A stretch of DNA of 62,934 bases, the filler included, from Octopus bimaculoides (lineage: Eukaryota): NCBI RefSeq assembly GCF_001194135.2. It is 6 parts of 6 records of this genome, joined end to end, with 100 filler letters (N's around TTAATTAATTAA, not from the genome) between each part and the next. Parts side by side here need not be neighbours in the genome. Positions count along the whole stretch, not along the records: positions 9,347 to 31,276 come from NC_068988.1; 5 more parts are not named here. One strand, written 5' to 3'. The notes beneath the pieces are model-generated. The model saw only the letters and a list, made by a program, of their open reading frames with translations. It had not been told where the DNA came from and searched no databases. A program made the translations under genes and the position numbers. Positions within the stretch are counted from its first letter, which is position 1. Every line of letters starts with the position of its first letter. Shown one piece after another: positions 10,786-26,489 of this stretch.

Positions 10786-11827
10786 NNNNNNNNNNNNNNN
10801 NNNNNNNNNNNNNNNNNNNNNNNNNNNNNNNNNNNNNNNNNNNNNNNNNNNNNNNNNNNNNNNNNNNNNNNNNNNNNNNNNNNNNNNNNNNNNNNNNNNN
10901 NNNNNNNNNNNNNNNNNNNNNNNNNNNNNNNNNNNNNNNNNNNNNNNNNNNNNNNNNNNNNNNNNNNNNNNNNNNNNNNNNNNNNNNNNNNNNNNNNNNN
11001 NNNNNNNNNNNNNNNNNNNNNNNNNNNNNNNNNNNNNNNNNNNNNNNNNNNNNNNNNNNNNNNNNNNNNNNNNNNNNNNNNNNNNNNNNNNNNNNNNNNN
11101 NNNNNNNNNNNNNNNNNNNNNNNNNNNNNNNNNNNNNNNNNNNNNNNNNNNNNNNNNNNNNNNNNNNNNNNNNNNNNNNNNNNNNNNNNNNNNNNNNNNN
11201 NNNNNNNNNNNNNNNNNNNNNNNNNNNNNNNNNNNNNNNNNNNNNNNNNGTGTGTGTGTGTGTGTGTGTGTGAGTGAGTGAATTGTTTGTTTGAAAACAA
11301 TAGATACTTAAAAACCTGCAACCAGCCACAGAGCATTCTGGGATGTAAAATATAACTTGCTTCTTTTTCAAGTTTACTTTTTTATTTTAGTTGCAATTAT
11401 TTCTGCTTTTAAAATTCTTGACGCCATATTTGGAAAGATTTATAATCAACATTCGCCAAAGTGGGTGCGCTGGAAGAGCTGGAAATGGTAACTGAAACTA
11501 CCTTGAAAAATCATTCTGGAGAGAAGTTCTATATTCAGACACAGACCAAATTTTCACTATACTTTCCCACATTTTTTAAATAGTGTAGAGTTTACTGATA
11601 GGGACGTGTGGCTGTTATTTCTAATACACACTTAGATACTCCCTGGTTGTCTTGATTCGATTATTGATGTTGATATTGTAGTTAATTGTGTTGGAGGTGT
11701 AGTCGAGGTCAGACGCACTCTGGGTGACCTATAATTGTTGTTGTTATTCATGTTACGTCAACCCCGAGCCAATACAATATACGATCAAAAACATTCCAAA
11801 TGTAATCATTTCTCCTGTTTATATAAT

Positions 11828-12304
<477 letters not shown>

Positions 12305-14395
12305 TATAAACAAAAACAGTGTATCTCTGCAACTACATTATTTAACGCGGCCTTCCTCCTTTAGCATGGTACTTTCCTATTTGAGGTTGATTTGACGATT
12401 ACATTTAGCAGGTCAAACAACAAACAGCGTTATGTTTCAAGGTATAATATGACTTTGTTGTTATTACTATATTACTATAGCCCCAAGCTAGAAATATATA
12501 TATATATATANNNNNNNNNNNNNNNNNNNNNNNNNNNNNNNNNNNNNNNNNNNNNNNNNNNNNNNNNNNNNNNNNNNNNNNNNNNNNNNNNNNNNNNNNN
12601 NNNNNNNNNNNNNNNNNNNNNNNNNNNNNNNNNNNNNATACATACATACATACATACATACATACATACATACATACATACATACATGTGTGTGCGTGTG
12701 TATACATACATGTACAGGTAGATAGATAGATAGATAGATAGACAGATAGCCTTTCTGAAAACATGTTTGAAGGTGTGGTGAATGACATAAGCTCTGGAGA
12801 GAACCTAGTTATATCGATCTAGGGTTTGCCATTTCGACCTGTAACACTAAATTTGTTTTGGAGCGAAACCAGAAATAATTTCTCTTATGGAACTAATTAG
12901 TTTATATGTCCAGTGGTATGTTATGTAATTTCCCGCGAATAGATACATTCACACGCACGTATAATGCTTTAGTTGCATTACACTGGTGTGAAAAGCAATT
13001 AAACGAAAGAAAGTTCTTAATGCAATGAGAAAGAGCAGAATAATATTCTAAATTAGTATGTAGATTGAATACGTACATCTACATATGCTAGCTGTTCTCT
13101 AACACACACTCTCTAAGTAACTCGTACCTCACTTTACCTCTTGCATTAATTATCTCTTTGGCAATAAGGAATAGTAAGACGGAAAAGGTTTTCTCTTGGC
13201 TGACGAGAATATCGGTTGCTCTGTCAGCCGCATATCTGCTTCACAGTGTTCCCTATCCCAACATTCTCAGTGTATGTTGCCTGGTTCCGGTGTTCAACAG
13301 GAAGGTTCTAAACAGACGTTCGAACTAACAGTAATGGATAGCTGTCGAATCTCATTTTCAAATCAACTGTATGATGTTAAATAAAGAATATATTGTGAAA
13401 TGAACATTCTGATATATAAAAACATAGGATGGTCATAATAAGAACACGTTCGTCATCGAGATGAGGCGAGATTAAACCAGTACAGCAACAATCAAATTTA
13501 TTTCAAGTTAATGAAGTCATTCGACCTGCTACATATAAAAGTAAAATTTTCATCGAAAGACATACAGCCATCTAACATCGAGTAAGGACCCATCCAACAA
13601 TGTAGTCAAAAAGACGAGAAAGTATATGCATATTACAAAAGATAGAAAATGAGACTGTTCACAAGGCAGTATTTCTCTTAGTTTGTTCAAAACTGAATGT
13701 ATGTGATTCACTGAAAACCGACTTCCGGTGTGCATATGTATGAGATGCATGTGTGTTTGTGTGTATGTAGGTGTGTGTGTGTGTAAGTGGGCGTGTATGT
13801 GCATGCGCACAAGTGAGTGAGTGGGTGAATTTGTGGGGTTAAAGGTTCAGCTACTGAACGAGGTATGCAATAAAGTTCCGGTTTGTTAAAATTTCACTCC
13901 GAGTAGGAGAAAGAAACCCAACAGACTGAGAATCGTTAACGATGAGGAGCTAAAAGCTATCACTGGACAGGTTTCGATAAAGGTCTTACGTACACTATTT
14001 GCCAATCATAATTTACAAAATTCAAATTCAAAAAGGAGTAAGGGACATAACTCAAATAACATAAATATGGCTAATCAAGTTTTATGGTACATATTGAGTG
14101 GCATATGCAATATACTAACAAATTATTGGAATTTCTCGCAAACGAGAAAAAAGAAAATTCAAAGCCTAGAGATAACTATTTGCATCATCGGAGAAATGGG
14201 GAGATAATTTCAGGAAATCAATAAGTAATTTGCCAAGTTAATTTACAGATGTGTGTGTATGTATGTATGTATGTATGTATGTGTATGTATGNNNNNNNNN
14301 NATATATGTATATCTTCATGTGTGATTGAGGGTGTAGATGTATCTGTGTGCGCGTGTGCTAGCACATATATGTGAGTGAGGATGTGTGTGTATTC

Positions 14396-14457
<62 letters not shown>

Positions 14458-15178
14458 TAGCGCATACACTCATAGATTTCCATATGCCTACATATATATG
14501 TACGCATGTATGTATGTATACATCTATGTATGTATCTATGTATGTATGCATGCATATACGTATGTCTGTACGTACGTATGTATACTATATTGTTCTACGG
14601 AATATATAAAAAAACGTTGTATAACAATATAGAGTGTTCACACCTACTTATATACATAGTGTTACCAAAAACCTCTATAGATGTATTCTTTAGTAGAGTA
14701 CAAAACTGAAGCAAATCACTATTAATTCACCAGTAATTCGTTCATGAATCTAACTGATAAGAATGCATCATTCGTGCAAATTGCTCCAGTCAGTCTACTG
14801 ACGCCTTTCATAATAATGTGTTTATACAGATTATTACCGTGAACAACGAAAGAAAGTAATAGATAAAATAGATAAAATACCAACACAAAGTTGAATTAGT
14901 CCAGCTGATCTTAGTTTTTCTACTTACGAAGATATACACAGAAAAGGTGCTTATATATTTCTATATATGCAATGTTGGTTAAAAACCTGTAGATATATTT
15001 ATAGTACACTATAGTATTTAAACAAAAATGTGTGACACACAACATGAGTCGTATATATTTTTCTGCATATATTCATAATAATGTCAGGGTTGTAAAATAT
15101 ATATTGCATATATATGTATCATAAAGGACTACTAATATTTAATACAGAACCCGATACTTGAGGCAGACTGGCGCTTGT

Positions 15179-15292
<114 letters not shown>

Positions 15293-16066
15293 GACTGTAT
15301 CCCTGTTAGATGTGCACACGTATTAGTGCGTGTGTGAGTGTGTGCGTGTGTGTGTGGCGAGATGTAATATATGTATGTATTTACCTTATTTGCGGCTGTC
15401 TGGGTGTTTTTCTATAAGTTACTTCTGCAGCTTGCCAAATGATTTGGCTGTGATTTTGTTGGTCAATGGTTAACCACATAATATATTATATAGCAATTGT
15501 CTATCACTGAATACTGCCAAGACTGCGAAATCTCACTGCCCATAGCCTACAGTATCAATTGAAAGCCAATGAAGTTACCTGTATAGCTTCACTCATTCCA
15601 CTGGTTACTAGAAAAGCTGCGATCAAATCTCACATATTGTCTGCAGATAATTCACATCATATCGTTTGAGTAATGACAGGACTCATTACACACAATTGGC
15701 CCAGATATACCATTGGTGAAGCAAAGACGGAGGAGTCACGTCTGAAACATTTCATGCAGGAATTTGGTCACTCCATCTATTTGAAATAGCTACTAAAACT
15801 TCCTAAATCAAATCCTGAAATGTCTTAGAAAATAACATATTGGATAATAGAGACCTAGGTGTACAAAGCGCATTTAGTGATGGAAAATTTTGATCACGCG
15901 TTGCTCTACAAGGGCTGACTTGGGCCTAAAAAGTAACACTACACCTACTATATTAACAAGAACAAGATTAAACTAATATAGAAGATTGTGGGTCAAGGTT
16001 TAAGAAGCCTTTTAGTACCAGGAATCATTTTACAGATTCATAATTATAATGAAATAATTTACTATC

Positions 16067-16315
16067 TTTTATCTTTTACGTGTTTCAGTCATCAGAAAAA
16101 AATTTAGTTGAATAAATTGTCCACAGTACTCATTCTTTTTTTAACCCTGGTACTTATTCAATCGTTGTCTTTTGCCGAACCATTAAGTTATCAAACGGTG
16201 TTGGGGAACAGACACAGACACAAAGACGCGCGCACACACACACGCACACACATCTATATTCTATATTTTCTTTCCGTTTACCAAATCACTCATTAGGCTT
16301 TGGTCCGTCTGAGGC
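16067..16315 (-). mobile_element. Degenerate copy of the CORE-like composite SINE
   Basis: gtttcagtcat..., tttgccgaacc..taagtt, tttccgtttaccaaatcactca match the family reverse complement. Confidence 0.6.
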
Positions 16316-17869
16316 TATTTACCACTTTTGTGGCAACAAGCAAACAGTTTCCACACCAATATTTTGTAGGATTGTCGATGGAATTCTCTTGATTTTTTTA
16401 AAGGCATTTTCTTTATGCAATTAGAAGTTAAACATGATTAGTTTATTCGGTATTCTGTGTATATGTGTGCGCATTTATTATAAAAAGTTGACCGTAACTT
16501 AGGATTTTCGAAACAGGTGTCTTCTAAATCTGTAATTTTAAATGTAGGAATTAGACGTGTTAGTGCCATTCAAGGATATCAAGGGTAAAAACTGTTAGTT
16601 GGGATAAAAGATTTAGTTACGGTCATATTTTAATCTTCTATCAAAAATGGATAGGGATTAGGGGCTAACGCCAAATACGGGTTAGAGTAGTTACGAATAT
16701 AATGTATACCACCAGGTGCAATAGGGAATGTTTAAAATACATACAATGAATATAATTATATGATTTAATAGTTAAGAAAGGATCTTAAAGTTTGAAAATT
16801 TCAACGGATTAGTATTTGTGCGAAGTGGTTGAAATGAAATCGAGGAGAGAAAAAAAGACAATGTGGATCGGCTTAATAAAATCATCCCAAGATTATTATT
16901 TAAATTCAAAATTACACAGTATTTGTTGCATTGCTGAGTAATGAGATATGATTCATGATTCAAAATTGAACAATATAATTTTCGAAATTGCATGAAATGA
17001 TTAATTTGATTTAAATTTTAATTAGAATTTAAGTTAGTATATATTGTAAGTTAAGTTACTTTTTCGGGTCCATGTGTAAATCTGCCTATGTGAGGGATAT
17101 TATTGATAAAAATTGTTTGTTTTAAAGCTTTCAGAAATCTATGGAAGTATGTAAGGTTATAAAATAATTGACTAAAATTAGTGTATAATGATATAAATAT
17201 AAAAACATATGAGAAGAATGCATTCTCACTACAGAGAAAAACCAAAAGCTAAAAAAGGCAGCGAAAAAAGACAAATTTTGAGCTTTGATTATTTATGTAA
17301 GAAACAATTCTTCGGAATGATTATTGAAAGCAATATAGTGAATAAACACATAGTATATATACCATGAAAGAGGAATTTCAAAATTCATTGAAAGATACGA
17401 CTAGATATTGTAAGATATGAGGAGAGGTTTAGTTAAGTCAGTATTAATTAAACTGTTGTCAAGGAATTCGAGATGAGTAACATAAATAGCACAAAATCTT
17501 GTTCAAAAAGAATTTAAAGGTTAAGAATGATTGAGAATATTAGTATTTATTCGGTACGAGTCAAGTTATAAATAAGATTAAGAGTTGTAAGAGAGTTTAA
17601 AGTGGTTCTAATAAGGAATTATGCAACGGAGAAGCAAGAGTGAAGTAGTGATCCGACATAATAAAACCATCACTGAGCGGTACTAAACAAATGCACTTGT
17701 TAAAATGTGTAAGTAGGTACATCTTGGCAAATTATTATATAAATGGAAAGAAAATAGGTCATAGCAACAGATAACTATTAATTCAAAACTATACAATGAC
17801 TATAAGGAAACTTGTGATATGTTTGGGAATTGATAACTGTAAGGTATTATACGAAAGCTCGTCTTTCAT

Positions 17870-18078
17870 GTATCCTGCCACAAGTCCCTGTCCAAGACCA
17901 TTCTTCTGGGCACAGCTGAAGAAGACGAAGGAGATGCTAACAGAGAAATTCCTGGTTTAACAACATCAAGGACTGGACAAGCCACAACACAGTGAATTTG
18001 CTATGCATGAAAAGAGATCACCTAGAATGGCACCCAAGTGACCGCCTGCATCAGTTAAGTGATCTAATGATGATGATG
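17870..18078 (+). mobile_element. Degenerate RTE LINE 3' end with (GAT)n tail
   Basis: SLSKTILLGT....SWFNNIKDWT resembles the RTE C-terminal KTILQGTVEG..W.DNIKEWT; ends tgatgatgatga. Confidence 0.55.
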
Positions 18079-19685
18079 AAGGCATTATATACGGAAAAAG
18101 AGTTGAGAGTACATTACAGAAGAAAAGTGATGTGTTAGAGCATACAATGTTAGATATGAATAGCAGATCGAGAAAGAGAAAATCATACTGGAAAAGAGTT
18201 TAAGAAACTATTGTATAGAAATAAAATCATCTCGGGAAATGATTTAGAAAAGAAATAGCCATAGAATGTGCGTTGTGTACAGTTATGCAGAAAAACCAGA
18301 TGTAGTAAGTTGTGGATAATGTAAATAATAAGGATTCTTTTTATAAAATGATTTCTTTTATTTAATAAGAGTTTAAAACTATTATTTAGAATTAAATAAA
18401 TGAATAAATAAATGTTATAAGGCATTGAAATTAGTAATGAACGGGAATAAGTTAGCTTTAAACAGCAAAAAAATAATGCTTAATCGAGCACAAGTTTAAA
18501 AATCAATAAATAGGATTGTAAAGAATCATAGAAAGGGATATGAATTCAGATCTACACACAACGATGTTATCAGTAACCATATATATTAATTATATAAACA
18601 TACAAATTCATATATGAACACACACATACACACACGCATGTATTTATATACAGAGAGAAAGAGAGAGAGAGTGAAAGAAATAGAGAGAGTGAAAGAAATA
18701 GAGAGTGAAAGACATGCATGCACGTACACAGATACAAGTAAATTGCGACATTTAGGTGTATAAAATGGTATATACATACTTACAATATATGTGTATTTAC
18801 ATACGAACATTACTTTGAAATGCAAAGTACGGTAATGGGGACGAAAGGTGCACCGTTTCCAACACTAATAATAGGAGTCCTTGAAGGAAAAAAATTGTAT
18901 TTACCCGAATTATTTTTTATCCGCATTTCCAATCCTTTTAAATTATAAACTGCAAAAAGTTTCCTTGATGACTACTTCATATTTTGAAACGGAAGGAAGA
19001 CCTTGCAAGATTCCCTGAGTCAATAAATAGAATTCATGAATTGATCAAGTATAGCATAGAAATGAAAGAGAACTTACTTTTTTTCTGTAAATCAGATAAT
19101 TAAATTAAATGCGACAGTTACAACCGATGTCTACACGAAAGCACACCAATATTTTGACTCTAGACCTTTCCACCAATTCTATATTAAAATGAATATCCTA
19201 TTCAGTCAGGCAAGACGTATCTACTCAATTGTTACGGACACCAATGGACGAGAGAAACGACAGATAGAACTAAATAAATTCCTTCAGAATCAAAAGTACG
19301 AAAATAAATTAGTAAGTCATCTTATAACTAACACATAAGAGACCCCGATCACAATGTTGGCGCAGACAAAAAAAAAGCATATATTTTTCATTTCTAGTCA
19401 CCCATAATCCAATTATTTTTGCAACAACCCCAAATGGATTTTTTTAAAAAACTGTAAGCACATACACCTTTAACGTGAGTATAGGACAAAGAAGTGTGCA
19501 AGGCTGGTGACCGGCTTTTATTTGGAATATGATATAGTTTTACTCAAAATTTCCAACACATAAACCACAGCTTGCTTCCATAAGAACCACAAATTCAAGA
19601 ACATATAAGTCTCTATTACTAATGTTAACATTTAAAGTAATAAACATTCTCAATGCCGCTTTACAAAAAGACATGTGTATGTGGA

Positions 19686-19758
19686 GAGCTTATGACTCAG
19701 TGGTTAGAACACTGGTCTTGTAAAGCAGGTGTCGGGAGTTCGATCCTCCTTGTGGACT
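19686..19758 (+). pseudogene. tRNA-Thr(TGT)-like pseudogene or tRNA-derived head
   Basis: actcagtggttagaac, anticodon arm ctggt-cttgtaa-agcag, T arm gggag-ttcgatc-ctcct; acceptor and D stems pair poorly. Confidence 0.6.
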
Positions 19759-19792
19759 GGTACATAGCGTATTTCGCTATAATACTTTTTAT

Positions 19793-19951
19793 AGGCGCAG
19801 GCATGGGTGCATCGTAAGTTAGTTTCCCAACTGCATTGTTCTGGGTTCAATCCTACTGCATGGTATCATGGGCAAGTGTCTTTTACTATTGTCTCGGGCA
19901 GACCAAATCCTTGTGAGAGGATTTGATAGACGAAAACTGAAAGAAACCCGT

Positions 19952-20012
<61 letters not shown>

Positions 20013-20203
20013 CTGTCTCCGGTGCACTGCTTGACAACAGGTGTTGGTGTTTGTATGTCCCCGTGACTTTGCCTTTCAACAAAAGTGACCGATAGAATAA
20101 CTATTAGTACTTTAAAAAATAAATGCTAGAGTCGATTCATTCGACTAAATATTTTTCGAGTCGGTACCCCATGATGGCTGCAATCAAATGACTGAAACAA
20201 GCA
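19793..20203 (+). mobile_element. tRNA-derived CORE-like composite SINE with internal (TA)n(TG)n
   Basis: Same architecture as 11828-12304. Confidence 0.8.
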
Positions 20204-23200
20204 ATGTATATGAATATTGTTATGCAATACATTATACAGCAGTTAATCTGGAAGAGTTAGCAATTTTCCTTTCAGACTACTTTGTCTACATATTTTTGCA
20301 TCATTAATTTTTTTTTTTTTTTTNNNNNNNNNNNNNNNNNNNNNNNNNNNNNNNNNNNNNNNNNNNNNNNNNNNNNNNNNNNNNNNNNNNNNNNNNNNNN
20401 NNNNNNNNNNNNNNNNNNNNNNNNNNNNNNNNNNNNNNNNNNNNNNNNNNNNNNNNNNTAATTGATTTATTTATCTTATTTTGTTATCTCAACCGATTTT
20501 TGTCAACTTTTCAACATGGAAAGAAAATAAATTAGAAATGAAATGGATAAAAGAAAGGAAAAAGAAAACACAAATACCGATTTTCTTTTACTTTCTTATC
20601 TCTTCAAATTAATTTACAAGCTTTCATATTTCCAATCCATATATTTGTTCTAACGTGTGAAATGCTTTTATTCAAATGAATAGAAGCATCTTTGAGGGGG
20701 GGGGGGGGTTGTCTGTCTTGTTTTGTTATTGTAGTAATCTTTTTTGTTTTTCTTTTTCTTTCTGAAAACGTCATCTGTTGTGAATTGATTGAGAAGGTTA
20801 GATGAAGAAATAAATCTGTCATATTTTAATCACTCAAGTTCATTTGCAGCCGCCGTTTCATTTGGGAGGACTGCTACCGCAACCAAAGTGTTTGATTCTT
20901 TTGCCTTCTATTCTTGTTGTTATTGATATTGCTGCTTTATTGTTGTTTTCTTACAACTTTTGATGTTGTTGTTGCCGTTTAAACTCTCCCATATATGATC
21001 GAGCAAAACTACGTTGTCCAATACATTTTTTTGTTCATTGCGCGGTAGGATATCAATTGAGGAGAATATAACTAATATTCCTAGAGTTTCGCTTAATCAT
21101 GCAGGAGCTTCTTAGTTCGCTCATTTTGTTGTTATTGTTGTTCTTAACTTGTTGTTGCTGTTATTATTTATTTAGTCTATCACACGTTATGATGTAGCAG
21201 AACTTTGATCAAAAGCGTTCAATCTGTAACCATCCTGCCTGTTATATTTTTCTGAAAGAGAAAGTATATTTAAGTTTACCTTATTTATCATATATTTCGT
21301 TTTTAAATAATAAGATTTGGTGAGATTTTGCGACTATTTCTTGCATACTAATCTAGTATATTTATCGTTGTTATTAACTATGGTAATATTGATGGTAGAG
21401 ATGTTCATGATATTGAAAGTGCTCCTGTTATTGCTTAGTTAAATCACAAGAACCTCAATAGCAATAAGATTCGCGTTGAATTTCAGTAAAGTTTTTATAT
21501 TTCCACAGTTCCAATTTCGAGAGAAATTGATGAAATCTAAAAGATTACTAAAATGGATGAGATAGTGCTTCACATGATTATCAGCAACTAGAAAATGTGG
21601 GAACTTCGTAATACATAAAAAATTAAATATGAAGACAAAAAAAATTTGTATCTTCTTCCTCGTATTCCTTAATTTTAAATTGAAATTTCTAATCCTGCCT
21701 TTCGTTTTGAGGAGATATTTACCACCCTTGTATTAACCACCACAACCCAGAATACTCAACATGTGAAAATGATATAACATTAACGAAATATATTTGATTT
21801 TGTCGTTGTTGTCCGTTCAACCTTGTTCCAGTAGACCTTTGATGGAAAGGTTCATCCATATCTCTGCCATCTTTTTGTTTATCTAAAACTGTAAAGCCCA
21901 ATGTATTCCTTCTCTTTCCTTAAAGACTGTAGAGAATGATTTGAAAGAAATTTGGTTGGCATTTTTAATATGCCATAAAGAAATATGAACGACTGTGACG
22001 ATTCAGACCTCTCGATTCTAACGTCTTATTCCTGTCCTCATTTTATTATGTAATTTTCTTTGTTGTTCAGCTTTTCATAGATATTGTGGTTTACAGTTAT
22101 ATGAGGCCGAAGTGAATAAAATGGTCTAAATATGTACAGAATGTTTAGTTAACAACCCTATAAATACTTTGATGGCACATTAACGTAAATAACTGTTTCT
22201 GTAAACACTCTGAGAGCATCTAAGGACGGAGAGTGTTACTTAGAATGTAACAAATTAATGTAATAAGAAAAATTTCCTTCACACCACACTATTTTATAAA
22301 ACAAACGACAGGGAATAATGTAGTTCCTCAGAGACTATATATGACTAAAAGATTTTCTCGGCATGGCTTGAGTGTCATTGATAATAGGCCTTCTGGACTA
22401 GAGCTAATTTAGACATATACAATAATAGTATGAGAAATGGCAGATGCTTCTAATTCTATTCACATATTCTAAAAGATGCCTATATATGAGTTTGTGTCTA
22501 TGTATGTCATTATTCAGTTTTATTTCAAGATTTCTTGCCAATAGAGAAAGAACCGGTTTCTAACCAAGATTCAAGGCTCCTTCATTGACATTTCAACATC
22601 AACAACAGGGTATGTATGTATGTATGTTTACGTGCAGATTTGTATATTTTGTCTTATGCACGTCTCCTCCAGCATATACTAGCATATCTAGACACGGTCA
22701 TATATGCTTAAATGATAAACTTATGGAAAGTTTTACAGATTTTTACAGTTCCAGTGATGGCTAGGATCTGTAGTCTTCGAATATATGTATATGGATACGT
22801 TAGCATGTATGACTGTGTGTGAGCGCACGCGTGAGTGTTACATCCATATGAACAAAATATGCTTGCGCTGATTGACAAAAACCAAACTGAAATCCAATAA
22901 ACTAGCTGGAATCGAACTAGCGCATCCTTTATCAACAAATTGGTATAAATACCGCGACCACATATACACTTTGTCAAACGATATATATCACCAGCCTACA
23001 CGTTAAATTTCATACCTCTTCAAATGACTACGAAATTGACTATTAATGATAATATTTATTAACTGGAAAGATTGCCATAGCTGTCACTTTCCTTCTTAAC
23101 AAAGACCAGATCTCCACACACGCCCCCAAGTACGAGTATTCAATTTTTCTTATAAGTTTCTAACTTCTCGAAACTATCTCCCCATCATTTTGACAGTTGC

Positions 23201-23516
23201 TAACAATCGCTACTGGGAGTTGGGTTTCTTTCTCGACGAAGCAAATTAAAATTCATTGACAATTTTTACGTACGTTATTTAGTACACCATCAGCTACTTG
23301 AATTATATATTGTAAAACATATACTCCGGATCACAACAAATTATTTCATTAGATACATGGTTCTTAGATATGTTGCAATAACATTCTTGTGCATGCCTTT
23401 AATGTTGGAAAGATCGAAAATCAATCTTAATTTCCATTCAATTTCGAACAATGTCTGAAAGGTATGTCTTTGAAATTATTGTTTATATGCGAACCAATTT
23501 GTTTCAGATACTCACA

Positions 23517-23589
<73 letters not shown>

Positions 23590-24907
23590 TTAACCACGCA
23601 AGCACATACGCACACAAACCTTCAGTTCCTGAATGACAATATAAATGCTAGTGTTTATGTGAAAAAGTGTAATCCTATGAGTGCGTGCGTGTGCTTAAAT
23701 GTGCAAGTATATGCTTATTTTTATCTATGTATGAACATATTTGTGTGCATGGCTATGTATAATTTTGTATATATACGTATGTGGGTTATGCACATATACT
23801 TAAATAGAATAACTGCCTGCTGCACGAGAACTTGATACTTTAGTCAGCGCAAGTATACTTGTTGTGGGAAGGAAAGTATAATTAATTGATTAAAATTATA
23901 CATATCGCGAAAATGGATTAATTTTTTTAATAAAAAAATTCTAGTTTACAACAGGGTAGAAAGACATGACAATCGAAATTACTTGGAAGCTAGTGTCATA
24001 GACGTGATTTCATCCTCAACTCTTAGTCGAAGCCTATAAAATGGAATCGTGCATAGCATACACAAAAGAATGCCGAATCTACTACTTTTAACACTGGTTA
24101 TCTTTTTCTTTGATATCTCATTATTTTACAAGTTTCGATAATTTTTTAAGCGTTAGGAAAAACCATACTGCACAATGTCGTCTTATAAACACAAATGGCG
24201 AGATATTAAATATAAATAGCACAAACATGAATAAAACCGCCATTTGTTTTTTATATATAAAAATAGCGCACTGTTTTCGGTATTGATATTTCAATCGACT
24301 TATATCTTAAAAACGATCCTAATTGCCAGTACATACATGTGTATGTGTGTGGGCGTGCGCGAAAGAATTACACAACATTAGGATCAGTAACGATCCAAGG
24401 TAAGCTTATGAGCGGGTGGTTATAATAAAACTTCTTTTAGGTTCGGCGTATAAAACCAAAACAGATACTCAGATTAAATTCGGCATCTCTGTCAACGAGA
24501 AACTGCTCGACTTCGAACCACGGGTAGTGCTTTACCTAAACCACTAATTAATGAATTCTTTACACGAGTTTTCAAATTGACTATTCCTATTTATATCGAT
24601 ACAACACACGATCATTGACCGCCTGTTTAAAAGTTTTATGGCGCTATAAATGTAAACCAGCGAAGAAAGAAGCTACACAGAGATTCACTGCAACCTTCCC
24701 GTTGAGACGGTTTTTAAAGTCAAATACTAACAGTACTATAATTTATATACGCTCTGTCAAGGGCTTTTTCTTTGAAATATCGTTTTGAACATTGATAATT
24801 TGTTTACAATAAAATTGTTCACATATAAACATTGCACCAGACCGCTTTATTTTATTCAATATAAGTGTATATATGTTTACATATACATTCATATATATAT
24901 ATATATA

Positions 24908-24989
<82 letters not shown>

Positions 24990-25444
24990 TGTGTGTGTGT
25001 GAGTGTGTGTTTTCAAATTGTTTCACATCAATGATTCTAAACTGATCTATTCATTATGATTTTAAATTATTCTGTATACGAAATCAATAAACGCTACATA
25101 ACAAACTCTGTTTTATCTAGGTCACCATTTGTGTTATATACATACGCACAAATGTATATATTTGTGTGTGTGGTGTACACGCACACACACACACACAGAC
25201 ACACACACACATCTTTTAACATTCATCTTCTATCTTTTACTTCTTTCAGTCATTGCACTGCGACGATGCTGGGGCACCGCCTTGAAGGACTTAGTGGAGA
25301 AAATCTACTCCAGCACTTAATTTTATAGCTTGGTACTTATTCTATCTGTGTTTCTTCGCTGAACCGCTAAGTTAGTTATGGAAGATGTAAACTAACCAAC
25401 ACCGATTGTCAAGCGGTAATGGGGGAGGGACAATCCTCAAGCTC

Positions 25445-25507
<63 letters not shown>

Positions 25508-25559
25508 CCGACCGATTCCTTCAGCATAAACTGTGGTCAAGCGCCAGCAACTCTCTACT

Positions 25560-26260
25560 AATCTGTCAGTGTGGTTGATGAAAGTTATATGTTGGCGTTC
25601 TATTCAGGTTTAGTGGGGTAGAAAATCGACGGCGTCGTAGGGGTTACCTCGAATGTCGATGAATATTAACTGACTCCTACGTTACGAAAGATCTAGCCCG
25701 TGTCTAGTTTTGCAGTACGACTGCAGGTCGTTGTCTCTGTTTCAGATAAATTTCACAGACACTGAAGTGCCCGTCAGCCATACTTGTCCGAGATCTGTGC
25801 AGTACAACGAAACCATTCTGCACGCACTAGCCTAAAGCCCGTGCATTATTGATTTGTAGTGTTATGTCGATCAGGACGTGTAGGACGGATCCGCCTATCA
25901 GCTGAACCAACTGTAAAAATTGTCCTGCCAACTTCTTTTGGCCGAAAAGGCAGGCAGTTTTTATCTGTCAGCTGGTCTTATGTGGTGGACAAGACTGAAA
26001 GGTTGAAGAAAGACACTATCTCATTTGACCAAGCTTTAACATGTTACCCTTGAATCAACATGTTCATGTTACACCAGAATAGATAAATGAGAATGGAGAG
26101 GAAAGTGCTACCTCCAAAAAATCTGTTGATAGATGAATAATAGTGTAGAGTATGGTTCGACTTAAAGGGCCTACTCTCAGCATGCGCCTGTTGACCGGGG
26201 AAAGACAGTTGGGAGAGGACACTTACCTTAGTGATTAGAGTGACCGTGCTTTCGTAGGGT
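25560..26260 (+). mobile_element. Older, diverged Tx1/L1-clade LINE 3' fragment
   Basis: ccgagatctgtgcagtacaacgaaaccattctgcacgcact and gggcctactct are homologous to 27058-27100 and about 27445-27455. Confidence 0.6.
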
Positions 26261-26489
26261 ATCAACAAATAACGCTCGGAGATACACTTCGCCTGTTTGC
26301 GTAAAATTTTCTCTGAATTTTGATTTTTTGTTATTTTTCTTTACACGTTTTTGGAATCTCACACTGAATGGCTCTGTACAGTCTTCAATCCTTTTTTCAA
26401 CCTTTGTTGTTAATAAAGAAATCCTCATCATCATTATAGTCATCATCATATGGGTAGAGGTAGCGAATAGGTACATCGCTTCCCTCATC

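Noticed and set aside
13196-13384. Possible old LINE RT remnant on the minus strand (VDLKMRFDS)
   Set aside because: Only one weak motif; not enough to call.
13900-13970. VNDEELKAI resembling a mariner transposase segment
   Set aside because: Too short, with no TIR or further motifs.
24400-24546. Donor gtaagc and acceptor ttttag followed by a 35-codon frame; minus strand GKVAVNLCVA resembles a GPCR
   Set aside because: The implied intron is only 41 nt, frames close quickly, and there is no convincing homology.
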